64,000 nucleotides of DNA from a virus. The notes beneath the pieces were generated by a model. It did no database searches, was not told the DNA's origin, and worked only from the letters and a program-made list of their open reading frames with translations. Where the stretch lies: IMG/VR virus record IMGVR_UViG_3300036893_000033, positions 30,888 through 94,887 of that record; one strand, 5' to 3'. Position numbers and translations under genes: made by a program. Positions 9,325-19,455 of this stretch are shown piece after piece (position 1 is the stretch's first letter; each line of letters starts with the position of its first letter).

Positions 9325-11199
9325 TTGATGAAGGAATTTCGCAAGACAGTCACCATCACCGACGTTGTTGACGGACCCGATGGACTCGCGACCGCTTACG
9401 GGATCATGACCGCCGAAAAGGTGGACAAGGATAACGAGCGCTGCATCTACGACTGGCAGGTGCCTTTAACGAAGGCTTGGTCGAACGAAATATTTGAGTC
9501 CACCACGCTGGCAGGTCAAGAGCCGTCCCTCGGAAACGTTCGCCTCATGCACGCTGGCGTGATTGCCGGGAAGGTCCAGAAGATGGACTTCGACGACGCC
9601 GCAAAGGCCATTAAGATCGGTGCTCAGGCCGCTAACGCTGAGATCAGCGACATGCTGCGGCGAGGCTTGGTCACTGGATTTTCTCAGGCCGGGCGCTACA
9701 CCAAGAAGTCTACAATTTGTTGCTCTGCCGATCCACAGGAAGACGAAAAAACGGGCGTAGTGTCGTGCAGTAAGTGCAAAAAGGCAAACCCCGTTGTGGA
9801 CTACGCAGCCAAAATCTCCGAAGTCTCCTTCGTAGACAACCCCTGCCTCGACGCCGCCCACTTCGACTCCGTGAAGTCCGCCAGTTTCCGTTACCAGAAA
9901 GCAAACGGCTCCAGCGAGATGCGCAAGTTCTCCGTGGACGTACAGAAGTCCGAAAAAACCAAGCGAGTAGCCGGTGAAGACCTCCCCGCCAGCGCCTTCG
10001 CCTACGTAGGCGACGAAACCGACACGGGCACCTGGAAGTTCCCGATCAAATTCTCAACCCCGGCGTTAACGAAGTCCCATCTCCGCAACGCACTGGCCCG
10101 CTTCGACCAGGCCAAAGGCATCCCCGAATCCGAACGCGAGACCGTGAAGGCGAAAATAACCGCCGCCGCCCGCGCCGCAGGCATCGAGGTGTCCGCCGAC
10201 AAGATGGTCGCAGCGGTAACGGCGAAATTCTCGGAAGCAGTCACCAGGAGCGCGGCGAAGCACAACCTTAAAAAGGGGCTGTACGACGTATCCCGCTTCG
10301 CACAGATCCTTCAGGATCTCGCGTACCTCTGGCGGTCCAGCATCGCCGAAGAGGAGTACGAGGGTGACGACTCCGAAATGCCCGATATGCTCCGCGATCA
10401 CGTGGAGCAGTTGGCCGACAGTCTCGTAACGATGTGCGCCGAAGAGGCCGCAGAGCTGATTCCCGCTGCTAAAGCAGTCATACCGGTGGCTACCAAGACC
10501 GCCGAACCCAACACAGGAGCAAAAAAAATGAACGAAGAAATGCTGAAGGCGGCGAAAAAGGGTCTCGCGGCTCACTTCAAGAAAATGGGCGCGCACTTCG
10601 GAAAGTGCGCCGACATGCACGAAAAAATGGCAGCGTCTCATGGCGAGATGAAGGAAGCATGCAAGGCCATGATGGAGCACCACAAGGGCGAGGTAGGCAA
10701 GGCCGACGGCGAAACCTCGGCTGGCCCCAAGGCGCAGATGGCGTTCTGCAAGGCGCAGATGGAACACCACACCGATAAGGAAGCTCACCACGAAAAAATG
10801 GGCAAGGCCATGGACGCGATGGCCGATCACGCGCACGCAATGGCGAGCGGCATGGACTACGACTCCGACGCTGGTAAGGCTGCTCTCGCACAGGTCTGCA
10901 AAGACGTGGACGCTGAGATGGCAAAGTCCGCTGAGCCGGATGTCGCCGCCGCCGTGAGTGAGGCGATCAAGGGCATGCAGAAGGGGTACGACGCGAAGAT
11001 TGACGCGCTGACCGCACTGGTTGACAAACTCACCGCAGTCGGCACGCCCAACAATCCGGTGCTCCCCATCGGCCAGGCGGTCAAGGGTACTGGCACGGAC
11101 GGATTCCCTCGCGGAGTTGGACTGCAACTGATCAAGCGTGACGGCAGCGGAACTCCGACGTCGGAACCCGACGCCGAAGACGGATCGGTCGGGCTTTAA
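9325..11199 (+). CDS. Prohead protease-scaffold fusion
   Basis: VRLMH, TGFSQAG and EVSFVDNPC protease motifs; DUF6582-like segment (DLPASAFAY..KFPI..HLRNALARF); His/Met-rich helical C-terminus; lies directly before the capsid gene. Confidence 0.85.
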   Translation: MMKEFRKTVTITDVVDGPDGLATAYGIMTAEKVDKDNERCIYDWQVPLTKAWSNEIFESTTLAGQEPSLGNVRLMHAGVIAGKVQKMDFDDAAKAIKIGAQAANAEISDMLRRGLVTGFSQAGRYTKKSTICCSADPQEDEKTGVVSCSKCKKANPVVDYAAKISEVSFVDNPCLDAAHFDSVKSASFRYQKANGSSEMRKFSVDVQKSEKTKRVAGEDLPASAFAYVGDETDTGTWKFPIKFSTPALTKSHLRNALARFDQAKGIPESERETVKAKITAAARAAGIEVSADKMVAAVTAKFSEAVTRSAAKHNLKKGLYDVSRFAQILQDLAYLWRSSIAEEEYEGDDSEMPDMLRDHVEQLADSLVTMCAEEAAELIPAAKAVIPVATKTAEPNTGAKKMNEEMLKAAKKGLAAHFKKMGAHFGKCADMHEKMAASHGEMKEACKAMMEHHKGEVGKADGETSAGPKAQMAFCKAQMEHHTDKEAHHEKMGKAMDAMADHAHAMASGMDYDSDAGKAALAQVCKDVDAEMAKSAEPDVAAAVSEAIKGMQKGYDAKIDALTALVDKLTAVGTPNNPVLPIGQAVKGTGTDGFPRGVGLQLIKRDGSGTPTSEPDAEDGSVGL

Positions 11200-11239
11200 A
11201 ATTCGGGCTGTCAACTAGGCCAATAAAACAGGAGAAAAT

Positions 11240-13093
11240 ATGAGCCGCATGATGATTAAGGCTGGGGCGACACTCGACGACAACGGGTACAAAACCCTAA
11301 GCAACTGGACGGCGAACTTCTACAAGAAGTCGCTGCGCAACTACCTGGAGCACGGCGAAAAGACCACGTTTGAGGCCGACATCCTCAAGTACAAGCGCGG
11401 TCGCAGCAGCCACTGCGCCTACGGCCCCGTCACCGAGATGCAGCCCATGCCGGGGACGCAGCAGAAGTGGGAGCAACTGGAAACCGAGAAGTTCGCGCGC
11501 TTCGAGTTCGCGAGCAAGATTATCCAGAAGATGTTCCACCACCAGAACAAGGAGTTCGGGCTGGAGAAATCGGGAGGCGTCACCAGCGCCCTCGGCTTCA
11601 ACTTCTACGATCTCCGTGGACCGGCTCTCATCCTGGCCCCCATCAACGTACCGTTCCGCAACTCCATCCCGCGCGTGGGCCGCGTCAACGACGGCTACGG
11701 TACCGCGGCGAACTGGAAGGCGTCCCGTAACCTCGGGCAGAACTACGGCGGCGTGGCCGAAGGTCAGCGCAACGCGACACAAACTCCCGACGAGATCGAC
11801 TACACCGCGACGTACAAGCAGATCGGTAATGAGCGTGCGGTGACGACCTCGGCGGAATTCGCGTCTGAAGGTTACAGCGCACAGCTTGGCGATGAGCATG
11901 TTCGCGGCATGTTGTCCCTGTGGCTCTCAGAAGAGGCCATTAACATCCACGGCAACAGCGGCACGGCGGCCACCGGCGGCTACGCGCTCGGTACGGCAAC
12001 CACGCCTACCATCGCGACCGCGACCGGCACGTCCACCTTTGGCGGAGCAACTCCCGTATCTGTGGCTTGCGTGTATATGACCGCCATGGGTAACCCCTCG
12101 AACAATCAGTACGGTTACATGACCAATCTTGTCGCGAACGCCAACACGGTCACTGGTGGCCTGGTACCCAATACCGTTCGCACAAACGCCGACGGATCGG
12201 TTATCACCGTACCCGGCGGCATCAGCGCCATCAGCGCGATGTCCTCGGTTGTAACTCCCAGCGGCACTACTCAGGTAGCCGTGGCCACCGTCCCTGCTGG
12301 CACGAAGGGTGTCTATGGATACGCCTGGTACGTGAACGTCACCGACGCCTCCGCGCCGTCGCTTGCAAACGCCAAGCTGGCCGCGATTACTCAGTTCCCT
12401 ACTTACACGATCACCTCTGCCACTATTGCTGGCACGCAAACCGGTAACGCCACTGGCCTCAATACCGACAACAGCTACAGCCAGTACGACTACACCGGGT
12501 TGATGGGATTTGCGGCGGGCACCGCTGGTTCTTACTACAAGGATCTCGGCGGCGGAACCCTCACCCCCACCAAGACAGGCAAGATCGTTGAGATCGAGAC
12601 CGCCCTCCAGACCATGTACCTGAACTACCAGACCGGCATCAATGCCATCTGGGGTTCGCAGGACGCCATCGAAGCCGTTGACCTTGCTTCCCGCTGGGGT
12701 GGGTCGAACGGACAGGCGCAGCAGTTCTTCTTTAACGGCGGCGCTGGCGAAGGTGGCCGCAATCTGGTTGTCGCCGGCTACGCGGTGACCGGTTACCAGT
12801 CGCGGTACGCTGCCGCTAACGAACTTGGCGCGCAGGTGATCCCGCTGCGCATCCACCCGATGATCCCTCCGGGCACGCTGTTCTTCGATATTTCGGAACT
12901 GCCTGCCGGGTATGAGAACAGCCGCCTGCCGTACCTCCGGGCGATGCTCACGCGGCGCGATTACCACTCCTACGAATGGCCGATGGTCACCCGCCAGTGG
13001 ACGTTCGGAACCTACGCGGAACAGGTGCTGGCGCACAATATGCCCTGGAGTTGCGGGGTAATCACCGGCATTGCCGGCGCGAACCTGAGTTAA
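11240..13093 (+). CDS. Major capsid protein with Thr/Gly-rich insertion domain
   Basis: Strong AGGAG RBS; FYDLRGPA..P.N.PFRN.IPR and LRIHPMIPPGT motifs; synteny. Confidence 0.88.
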   Translation: MSRMMIKAGATLDDNGYKTLSNWTANFYKKSLRNYLEHGEKTTFEADILKYKRGRSSHCAYGPVTEMQPMPGTQQKWEQLETEKFARFEFASKIIQKMFHHQNKEFGLEKSGGVTSALGFNFYDLRGPALILAPINVPFRNSIPRVGRVNDGYGTAANWKASRNLGQNYGGVAEGQRNATQTPDEIDYTATYKQIGNERAVTTSAEFASEGYSAQLGDEHVRGMLSLWLSEEAINIHGNSGTAATGGYALGTATTPTIATATGTSTFGGATPVSVACVYMTAMGNPSNNQYGYMTNLVANANTVTGGLVPNTVRTNADGSVITVPGGISAISAMSSVVTPSGTTQVAVATVPAGTKGVYGYAWYVNVTDASAPSLANAKLAAITQFPTYTITSATIAGTQTGNATGLNTDNSYSQYDYTGLMGFAAGTAGSYYKDLGGGTLTPTKTGKIVEIETALQTMYLNYQTGINAIWGSQDAIEAVDLASRWGGSNGQAQQFFFNGGAGEGGRNLVVAGYAVTGYQSRYAAANELGAQVIPLRIHPMIPPGTLFFDISELPAGYENSRLPYLRAMLTRRDYHSYEWPMVTRQWTFGTYAEQVLAHNMPWSCGVITGIAGANLS

Positions 13094-13125
13094 CGGTCGG
13101 TAACTGACATACAAGGAGAACGAAC

Positions 13126-14481
13126 ATGCCGACACCAACCCCGAATCTTCAGGTAACGCCGCCGGAAACTCTCGGCGCACTCCAGTCGCAACTGGTTAAC
13201 GCTCTGGCCGCCGACGAGGCCGTAGCGGTAACCACGGTAGCCGGCGGATCTCAGACCCTACAGGGGGCAACGCTCAACACGAAAGTGCTGGCGACCCCTG
13301 GCGCTCCGACCATTACGACTTCCGGCACCGCAGGCGCAACGACCTACACCTACAAGGTCGTTGCTAAGATCGGCGCGGCCCCGCTGGGCCGCCCCACCGC
13401 CGCCTCCGCCGCAGGGTCCACCACCACCGGCAACGCAACGCTGTCGGCCAGTAACTTCAACATCGTCACCTTCACCTGTGTGCCGTATGCCACCAGCTAC
13501 GACATCTACCGCACCGCTGGTGGCTCGGCGCAGGGCAAGATCGCGAACGTCCTCCAGCCCGCTGCGGTGGTCGCGCAATTCCCGACCAGCCTCAGCTACC
13601 AGACCACCGCCACCACCGCTGTCCTGAACGACACCGGGCTGGCGGGCGACAGCAGCACAGCGCCCACGGTGAACCTGACCGGTTCCTGTCAGAACGACAC
13701 TCACGGCGACGTGAATGTGGTCGCACTATCAGCGCCTTATAACCTGGCGGTAGCAAATGCCGGTACGGCTGGGTCTACGGCTTACACCTATGTCGTATCC
13801 GCCGTTGATTCGGTCGGTGAGGTGCCATGCACGGGCGTGGCCACCGCCACAGGCAATGCCACACTGACCTCCGGCAACTCGAACCTGATTACCTGGAACG
13901 ACACCCCAGGCGCTCAGTACTACAACATCTACCGCAGCGCCTCTTCGGGCACGCCCGGCACGACCGGCTTGATCGGCACGGTATACCCGTCCGGTGCAGC
14001 GACCTACAGCTTCAGCGACACCGGCATCGCGGTCATCACAACCCGCGTGCCCACGACCAACACAACTGGCTCCGTCAAGGTTCCCGGCTCGATCTTCTGC
14101 TCCGGGCTGGTTCTTAACGGCCCCACGTCGGCGAACACGACCGCCGGTAACGCAGCCCTCACGGTCGCCAACATGCTGTCGAGCGTGCTCCTGCGCTCCG
14201 GCAGCACCACCCCGACCGATACCACCCCCACCGCCGCCGCCATCATCGGTGGACTGGCTGGTACGGCAGTGGCCAACACCGGCTGGTACTGGCTGGTAAG
14301 GAACGCTGGTTCGGGCACGCAGACGCTCGGACAGGCGGCGACGGGCATCACGTGGGCATCAACGCAGACGAACACGGTCGCGACCGTCAGCGGCCACCTG
14401 TTCTACATCTATCTGACGAATGTGACGCCTGGGTCCGAGGCGATCACGATTTACTCGGTCATCGGGTCAGTAGCGTACTAA
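13126..14481 (+). CDS. Capsid decoration/structural protein with two FN3-like repeats
   Basis: Duplicated GTAG.T.YTY.V.A...TGNATL...N.N.I.....A..Y.IYR module; follows the capsid gene with an AAGGAG RBS. Confidence 0.7.
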   Translation: MPTPTPNLQVTPPETLGALQSQLVNALAADEAVAVTTVAGGSQTLQGATLNTKVLATPGAPTITTSGTAGATTYTYKVVAKIGAAPLGRPTAASAAGSTTTGNATLSASNFNIVTFTCVPYATSYDIYRTAGGSAQGKIANVLQPAAVVAQFPTSLSYQTTATTAVLNDTGLAGDSSTAPTVNLTGSCQNDTHGDVNVVALSAPYNLAVANAGTAGSTAYTYVVSAVDSVGEVPCTGVATATGNATLTSGNSNLITWNDTPGAQYYNIYRSASSGTPGTTGLIGTVYPSGAATYSFSDTGIAVITTRVPTTNTTGSVKVPGSIFCSGLVLNGPTSANTTAGNAALTVANMLSSVLLRSGSTTPTDTTPTAAAIIGGLAGTAVANTGWYWLVRNAGSGTQTLGQAATGITWASTQTNTVATVSGHLFYIYLTNVTPGSEAITIYSVIGSVAY

Positions 14482-14536
14482 GGCAGGCTGGAGCGATTCC
14501 CACGGCGCGGGGCAATAATTCCTGGCAGTGGTTTCC

Positions 14537-14577
14537 CGGCGCGGGATTGGGGCAACCCGCCCGCGCCGTTAGTTTTT
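14537..14577 (+). terminator. Putative intrinsic terminator after the head genes
   Basis: CGGCGCGGG...CCCGCGCCG stem followed by TTAGTTTTT. Confidence 0.65.
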
Positions 14578-14622
14578 ATGATGTCCAGACTCTGGACAGG
14601 TTAAGCGAGATGGCAGTAAGGT

Positions 14623-15492
14623 ATGGCAGCAATCGACCTCACCACGACAGCATCGGTTCGCGGGTACCTCAGCATCACAGCCGGGGCCAGTGCCGGTGCG
14701 CCGCCCGTCATTGCTACCACCATCGCCGCGCCCATCGCTGCCGGAATCCACACAGTTACGCCGCTTAGTATGCAGAATATCGCCGTCAACACCGTTCTTC
14801 AGATTGACGTGGGAATGTCACAGGAGTACGTCCAGGTGACCGGCATCACGGGCACTACATTCACGGCCAGTTTCGCGCTGCCGCACGCGGCGACCCCGGT
14901 GCCGGTCGCGGATGTCACCGACTCCGTGATCGCGGGGATGATTTCCGACGCCTCTCAGATTTTTCTGGAGCGGATCGGGGTGGCATCGCTCAACTCCGTC
15001 AATACGTTCAATGAGACGTACGACGGCAACGGGACTTCGACTCTTTTTCTGCGTCAGCGGCCTATTGTGTCGATCACGCAGCTCATGGTTAACACCGTGA
15101 TCGTGCCGCAGTCCACGCAGGTGAATATCCCGGGCTGGGTTGTGGCGGACGATGCGGCCAGGCTAATTATCCGCCCCGCTGGCCTGCCGTGGGGCCAAGG
15201 CTGGAACGGTGGCGTCGGAATCTACCGCCAGGGGTACGCAGGCTGGGGCTGGGCGTACCAGCAGGGAATCCAGAACATTCAGGTGTCGTATACGGCTGGC
15301 TACACGATGACGCCGTGGGACATCCAGCAGAAGGTTACGCAGTTGGTGGCGATCAACTATAAGCGCCGCGACTGGATCGACCAGCAGAGCCAGGTATTGC
15401 AGGGGGCGGGCAATATCCGCTACCGGGACTGGGAGTTTCCGCCTGAGGTTGAGAACTGCATTCGGCGGTACATGCGAAGGAGCTTGAATTAA
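14623..15492 (+). CDS. Head-tail adaptor
   Basis: ETYDGNG..LFLRQRPI and NIQVSYTAGY..PWDI motifs; synteny. Confidence 0.78.
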   Translation: MAAIDLTTTASVRGYLSITAGASAGAPPVIATTIAAPIAAGIHTVTPLSMQNIAVNTVLQIDVGMSQEYVQVTGITGTTFTASFALPHAATPVPVADVTDSVIAGMISDASQIFLERIGVASLNSVNTFNETYDGNGTSTLFLRQRPIVSITQLMVNTVIVPQSTQVNIPGWVVADDAARLIIRPAGLPWGQGWNGGVGIYRQGYAGWGWAYQQGIQNIQVSYTAGYTMTPWDIQQKVTQLVAINYKRRDWIDQQSQVLQGAGNIRYRDWEFPPEVENCIRRYMRRSLN

Positions 15493-15981
15493 ATGAGTAA
15501 CAGCGTAAAGCGCTCCGTAACTAAGATCCTCGCCGCGCTGGCCGCATGCGTGGCCGTGGGCTACGTCATGGCGCAGACAACCTCCCCGCGCCCGGTCAAC
15601 AACGGCAGTCTTCAGTCGCGGCAGTTTGTAGTCACGAACCTCTCGCTGTGTACTTCAGCTAAGCCGTGCTATCCGACCGTGGCCGGAAATCCCAACCAGA
15701 AAGACACCGGGGACGTGTACTTCGGCCAGGCACTGAATAACGTTGCCTCCGCTGGGCAGGTAGTGGTCGGGACGGGAGCCTTCACGCTCGTCATAACCGA
15801 CGGCAATGGAACTGTCTGGATCAGCGCCCCGCAGACGGCGGCGGTGAGCGGCACGATCATGAATTCACTGGACAGCATGCACGGACTTTACATGCAGGGC
15901 GGTTTTACGGTTTACTGTTCGGACTCAGCGAGTGGCGCAAACTGCGCTGCCGGGCTTTTGCAGATCCAATACCAACGATAA
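15493..15981 (+). CDS. Signal-peptide protein in the neck module
   Basis: KRSVTKILAALAACVAVGYVMA|Q. Confidence 0.65.
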   Translation: MSNSVKRSVTKILAALAACVAVGYVMAQTTSPRPVNNGSLQSRQFVVTNLSLCTSAKPCYPTVAGNPNQKDTGDVYFGQALNNVASAGQVVVGTGAFTLVITDGNGTVWISAPQTAAVSGTIMNSLDSMHGLYMQGGFTVYCSDSASGANCAAGLLQIQYQR

Positions 15982-16523
15982 TGTCCCTGACTTATCAAAT
16001 CGACGCGCAGCTCCAATCCTTCACCGAGGCGAAGGCGGAGCAGTACTACGCCGCGCTGCGCACGAAGCTGGATTCGCTGAACGATCAGCTTCGGTCGAAG
16101 ATGATAGATAACCTTTCGGGCGCGGTCGTCCATGCGGTCAGCGGCAAAGCGGCGCGGTCGGTCGAGATGATCCCCTCCTCCACGTCAGGGACGCTCACTG
16201 AGGGCGCAGTGCAGGCAGGCGGCGGCCTTGCGCCGTACCTGAAGTATCAGGAACTTGGCACCGTGGGGCCGTACACGATCGCTCCTAAGTTCGCCACGCT
16301 GCCCGGTGAGAAATTCGCGAATTACCACGGGCGTATGGGAAAGCCTGTTGGCCAGCAGGCGGGCGTGCTCGCTTTCGTATGGAAAGGGCGGCAGGTTTTC
16401 TTCAAGAGCGTCATGCATCCCGGCCTCGATGCCAAGGAGCCGGTCAAGGAGGCGGCTATCGAGATGGCTCCTGTGATTGTGGCCGGAATCAAGGAAGTGG
16501 GGGCTGAGGTGTTCGCGTCATGA
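15981..16523 (+). CDS. Neck/tail completion protein (HK97 gp10-like)
   Basis: SG.AARS..YLKYQELGT..V.HPG pattern; synteny. Confidence 0.7.
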   Translation: MSLTYQIDAQLQSFTEAKAEQYYAALRTKLDSLNDQLRSKMIDNLSGAVVHAVSGKAARSVEMIPSSTSGTLTEGAVQAGGGLAPYLKYQELGTVGPYTIAPKFATLPGEKFANYHGRMGKPVGQQAGVLAFVWKGRQVFFKSVMHPGLDAKEPVKEAAIEMAPVIVAGIKEVGAEVFAS

Positions 16524-17005
16524 ACGTAAGTCGCGAGACCGTGGCGCTGGCATTCTACGGGCTGTTTAATCCGTCCGGGTTGAACGTTAACGGCGGACTG
16601 TTTACGACAGTCACCCGCACCTGGGATCTTCCGCAGCAACTCAGCCCGGAGCAGTTACCGGCAATCTACTGTATCGAGGATGACGAGGTTGACACCGAAG
16701 CCGAGCGTACCGGCGTCTGGAACCAGCAGGTTTACGTTTTGAAGTGGCGGCTGGCTGTAGTAGCGCAAATGCCCGGCAAGGATAGCGGCGTCACACCCAT
16801 GAGCGTTATCAACCCGATGATCGACGCGGTGGATGGAATCGGTGGCGTGGGCGGCATACGCGCGGGAACGCTGCCGGGCACGAATCAGACGCTGGGCGGG
16901 ATCGTCTCGAATGTATTCATCGACGGTCAGGTTATGAAGGTTCCGGGGTACCTGGGACAGTATGCTTTGGGTGTTATTCCGATCAGTATTTATACGGGGA
17001 TTTAA
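16520..17005 (+). CDS. Tail terminator protein
   Basis: Precedes the tail tube gene; PAI..E and QTLGG.V motifs. Confidence 0.7.
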   Translation: MNVSRETVALAFYGLFNPSGLNVNGGLFTTVTRTWDLPQQLSPEQLPAIYCIEDDEVDTEAERTGVWNQQVYVLKWRLAVVAQMPGKDSGVTPMSVINPMIDAVDGIGGVGGIRAGTLPGTNQTLGGIVSNVFIDGQVMKVPGYLGQYALGVIPISIYTGI

Positions 17006-17028
17006 GAGAGATTTAAGGAGAAAAGATT

Positions 17029-17832
17029 ATGCCTAACTCAGCAGTGCAGGGGTATTATATAGAGTTCGGGTCCGCGTGGCTCTTTTGCCTGCCCAACGGC
17101 GGCAACCAAGTGGCCGCTCCGCAGCCCGTGTTCCCGCTCACCGTACAGGACGTGGCCGTCGAGACCAAGGGTAAGCTGGAGGAATTGCGCGGCCAGTACC
17201 AGTGGCCCGACGACACCGCACTCGGCGACAAATCGGGAACATTCAAGTTCGGCATCGGTCGCAAGGACTGGTATCTGTTCAATCAGATTTACTTCTCCGA
17301 CACTGTGATCTCTGGCGGCGTGACCGTGGTTCCTAATCAGCTAAACAGCGTTCCTGCAACCACCTCCTATGTCGTGACCCCCACGCTCCCGGCCACTGGC
17401 GTTTACGTCGCTGACTTAGGTGTTATCTACGCATCGGGCGCGAATGTTGGAAAGCGCCTTCAGGAGCAGACCGGATCGCTCACGCAGGCTGGCCAATACC
17501 AGGTTAACGTGAGCACCGGCGTTTACACGTTCGACTCTGCCGATGCCTCCGCACAGGTCTACATCAGCTTTAGTTGCACAGTCACTTCTGGCTCAACCTA
17601 CGAGGCAAACAACCAGATCATGGGCTACGGTCCGCAGTGCGAACTCTTCCTTGTGGATGCCTACCAGCCGACTGCTGGCGTAAACAATTGCCTTCAGGTC
17701 TTCGCCGCAAAGGTCAGCGATGTCGGTAACGTTGGCGGAAAGCGCTCCGGCTACGCAATGCCAGAAATATCCGGCCAGTTCTACGCCAACTCCAGCGGTC
17801 AGGTTCTGCGCGCATTCTGTTCAGCCGGTTAA
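17029..17832 (+). CDS. Major tail tube protein
   Basis: TAAGGAG RBS; QDV.VE....ELRGQYQWP and GQY.V..GVYTF..ADA motifs. Confidence 0.8.
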   Translation: MPNSAVQGYYIEFGSAWLFCLPNGGNQVAAPQPVFPLTVQDVAVETKGKLEELRGQYQWPDDTALGDKSGTFKFGIGRKDWYLFNQIYFSDTVISGGVTVVPNQLNSVPATTSYVVTPTLPATGVYVADLGVIYASGANVGKRLQEQTGSLTQAGQYQVNVSTGVYTFDSADASAQVYISFSCTVTSGSTYEANNQIMGYGPQCELFLVDAYQPTAGVNNCLQVFAAKVSDVGNVGGKRSGYAMPEISGQFYANSSGQVLRAFCSAG

Positions 17833-18050
17833 TGCGGCCATTGCCGGGTAACGACATGGACACCTGCCGGGGATGCAGATACTTCGAGCGCGAACGGAGG
17901 CGCCCCTCCGAACCGCATATCCATGAGATGTCCGTGCAGGCGTTCGTCTGCCTGCGATCCCCGGCGCATGTGATTTACGCAAGAGACGACGGTTTTCCGA
18001 AAAGGTGTAATCACTACCAAAAATGTTCTGTGATCGGAACTGAATGGCCT

Positions 18051-18443
18051 ATGCCGATAACGATAGACTGGGAATTAGCCCGAAGAGGCTGGGCTACTAT
18101 GTACGGGTTTACCAGAAACTCGCTTCTTATTCTAGCCTTCTTCTGCATTCTTGGCGCGCTGGTTCCTTCGTACATTCCGGGACAGGGCGATAATTCCCGC
18201 ATCGAGATCCAGCAGGACGACCTGCGTCTGCGCCTGGACAAGCAGGACGTTCGGGACGCGGTGGTGGACGAGAAGCTGTCCACGCTGGCGGAGCAAATGA
18301 AGGAATCCCGCGACTGGCAGGACTCGATGGGCAATCGCCTGAACGTGTTCCTGGCCGGGTTCCTGATGTTTGTGGCCAAGCAGATGTTTGAGCGGGCTTT
18401 TGGCGGGAGGTTCGGGGACAAGAAAGGGAAGACAGATGCCTGA
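18051..18443 (+). CDS. Membrane protein (TM-coiled coil-TM); start uncertain, ORF open from 17832
   Basis: Two hydrophobic segments flank a coiled coil. Confidence 0.5.
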   Translation: MPITIDWELARRGWATMYGFTRNSLLILAFFCILGALVPSYIPGQGDNSRIEIQQDDLRLRLDKQDVRDAVVDEKLSTLAEQMKESRDWQDSMGNRLNVFLAGFLMFVAKQMFERAFGGRFGDKKGKTDA

Positions 18444-18573
18444 TAACGAAGAGGATAAAAAGCGAAGTAAAGGGGGTGATCACGCCTTGGCGGCTGATGA
18501 TTCGCCCTCCACGGCTGCGCCGGAGGCACAGCCCAGTCCTGATGGCCCTCCAGGCGGCAGCACGGGAACGTAG
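18436..18573 (+). CDS. Small acidic Pro/Gly-rich peptide
   Basis: MPDNEEDKK..PDGPPGGSTGT; start overlaps the end of the upstream gene. Confidence 0.45.
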   Translation: MPDNEEDKKRSKGGDHALAADDSPSTAAPEAQPSPDGPPGGSTGT

Positions 18574-18724
18574 TGGTATCCTGCATTCCATAGGCCTCCA
18601 CACTCAGGCGCAGAAACGCGGCTAAGTGCGCTTTGCGTCCATCGAGCCGATCCGACTTAACAGTCCGGGGTGGGCAGGGCGATGATCCGGGCGTAATAGT
18701 CCGGCGGGAGGCTCCAGTAATTAA

Positions 18725-19093
18725 ATGCTCTGGTACTTGGAACTCCTGCTCGAATCAGCGCTACTGACGCGCCTCTGCCTGAACCGCGATCCGCGCAAGT
18801 ATTTCCAGGCATTCGTCGCCGTTGATCTCCTCGGCGGCATCCTCTCCATGCTCGGTCAGCGGTTGCACTTCCTTGGCTTCAGCGCCCACGCTTGGTGGAT
18901 CGCCACAATCGCCTGCATACCGCTGATGGCGCTGTCGCTCAACGAGGCGTCTGAGCGCCGTCACCGATTGCTATTGTTCTGGTGGGTAGCCTTCGGCTAC
19001 GGCTGCGCCTGGATACGCATTTTCCCGCTCACGAATCAGGTTCTTCTGGTCGGTAACTGCCTTGCTTTTATCGCTTGGCTTTGTGTGGCATAA
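18725..19093 (+). CDS. Multi-TM membrane protein
   Basis: GGGAGG upstream; several hydrophobic segments. Confidence 0.6.
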   Translation: MLWYLELLLESALLTRLCLNRDPRKYFQAFVAVDLLGGILSMLGQRLHFLGFSAHAWWIATIACIPLMALSLNEASERRHRLLLFWWVAFGYGCAWIRIFPLTNQVLLVGNCLAFIAWLCVA

Positions 19094-19119
19094 TAAACGC
19101 CAGGGAGAATCACCACCTC

Positions 19120-19455
19120 TTGAAAAAGAAAACGGTAACATTCGGCGATGCGTCGATAACATTCGCGGAGCTTAACAGGTTTCAGGCCAAGGAGCTTCTG
19201 AGGTGGAGTTCCGAAGCCAGGGAAGCGCCTAAAACTGAGGAAGAGATGGAGTCCCGGTTCTGGCACACCATCGCCATCAGCGTCAACAACGCGGTCGCGC
19301 CACCGACCGAAGCCAGCCCGCTCGGTTCCGACGCAGGGGTGCCTCACCTTCAGGCCACCATCGGATTTGCGTCATCCAAAGAGTTGCACTCCATGATCCT
19401 CGACCTCAGTGGCCTCACGAGCACATCCTCGGGGGAAACGCCGGCCCCCAGTTAA
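19120..19455 (+). CDS. Tail assembly chaperone (short form); start approximate
   Basis: Lies between tail tube and tape measure; ends shortly after slippery GGGGGAA. Confidence 0.75.
   Translation: MKKKTVTFGDASITFAELNRFQAKELLRWSSEAREAPKTEEEMESRFWHTIAISVNNAVAPPTEASPLGSDAGVPHLQATIGFASSKELHSMILDLSGLTSTSSGETPAPS

Noticed and set aside
10066-13180. Long minus-strand ORFs (382 aa, 417 aa and similar elsewhere)
   Set aside because: Antisense shadows of GC-rich plus-strand genes with no recognisable motifs.
14454-14490. DGR variable/template repeat pair with 45066-45102
   Set aside because: Too short, mismatches are not adenine-specific and are synonymous, and there is no reverse transcriptase in the window.
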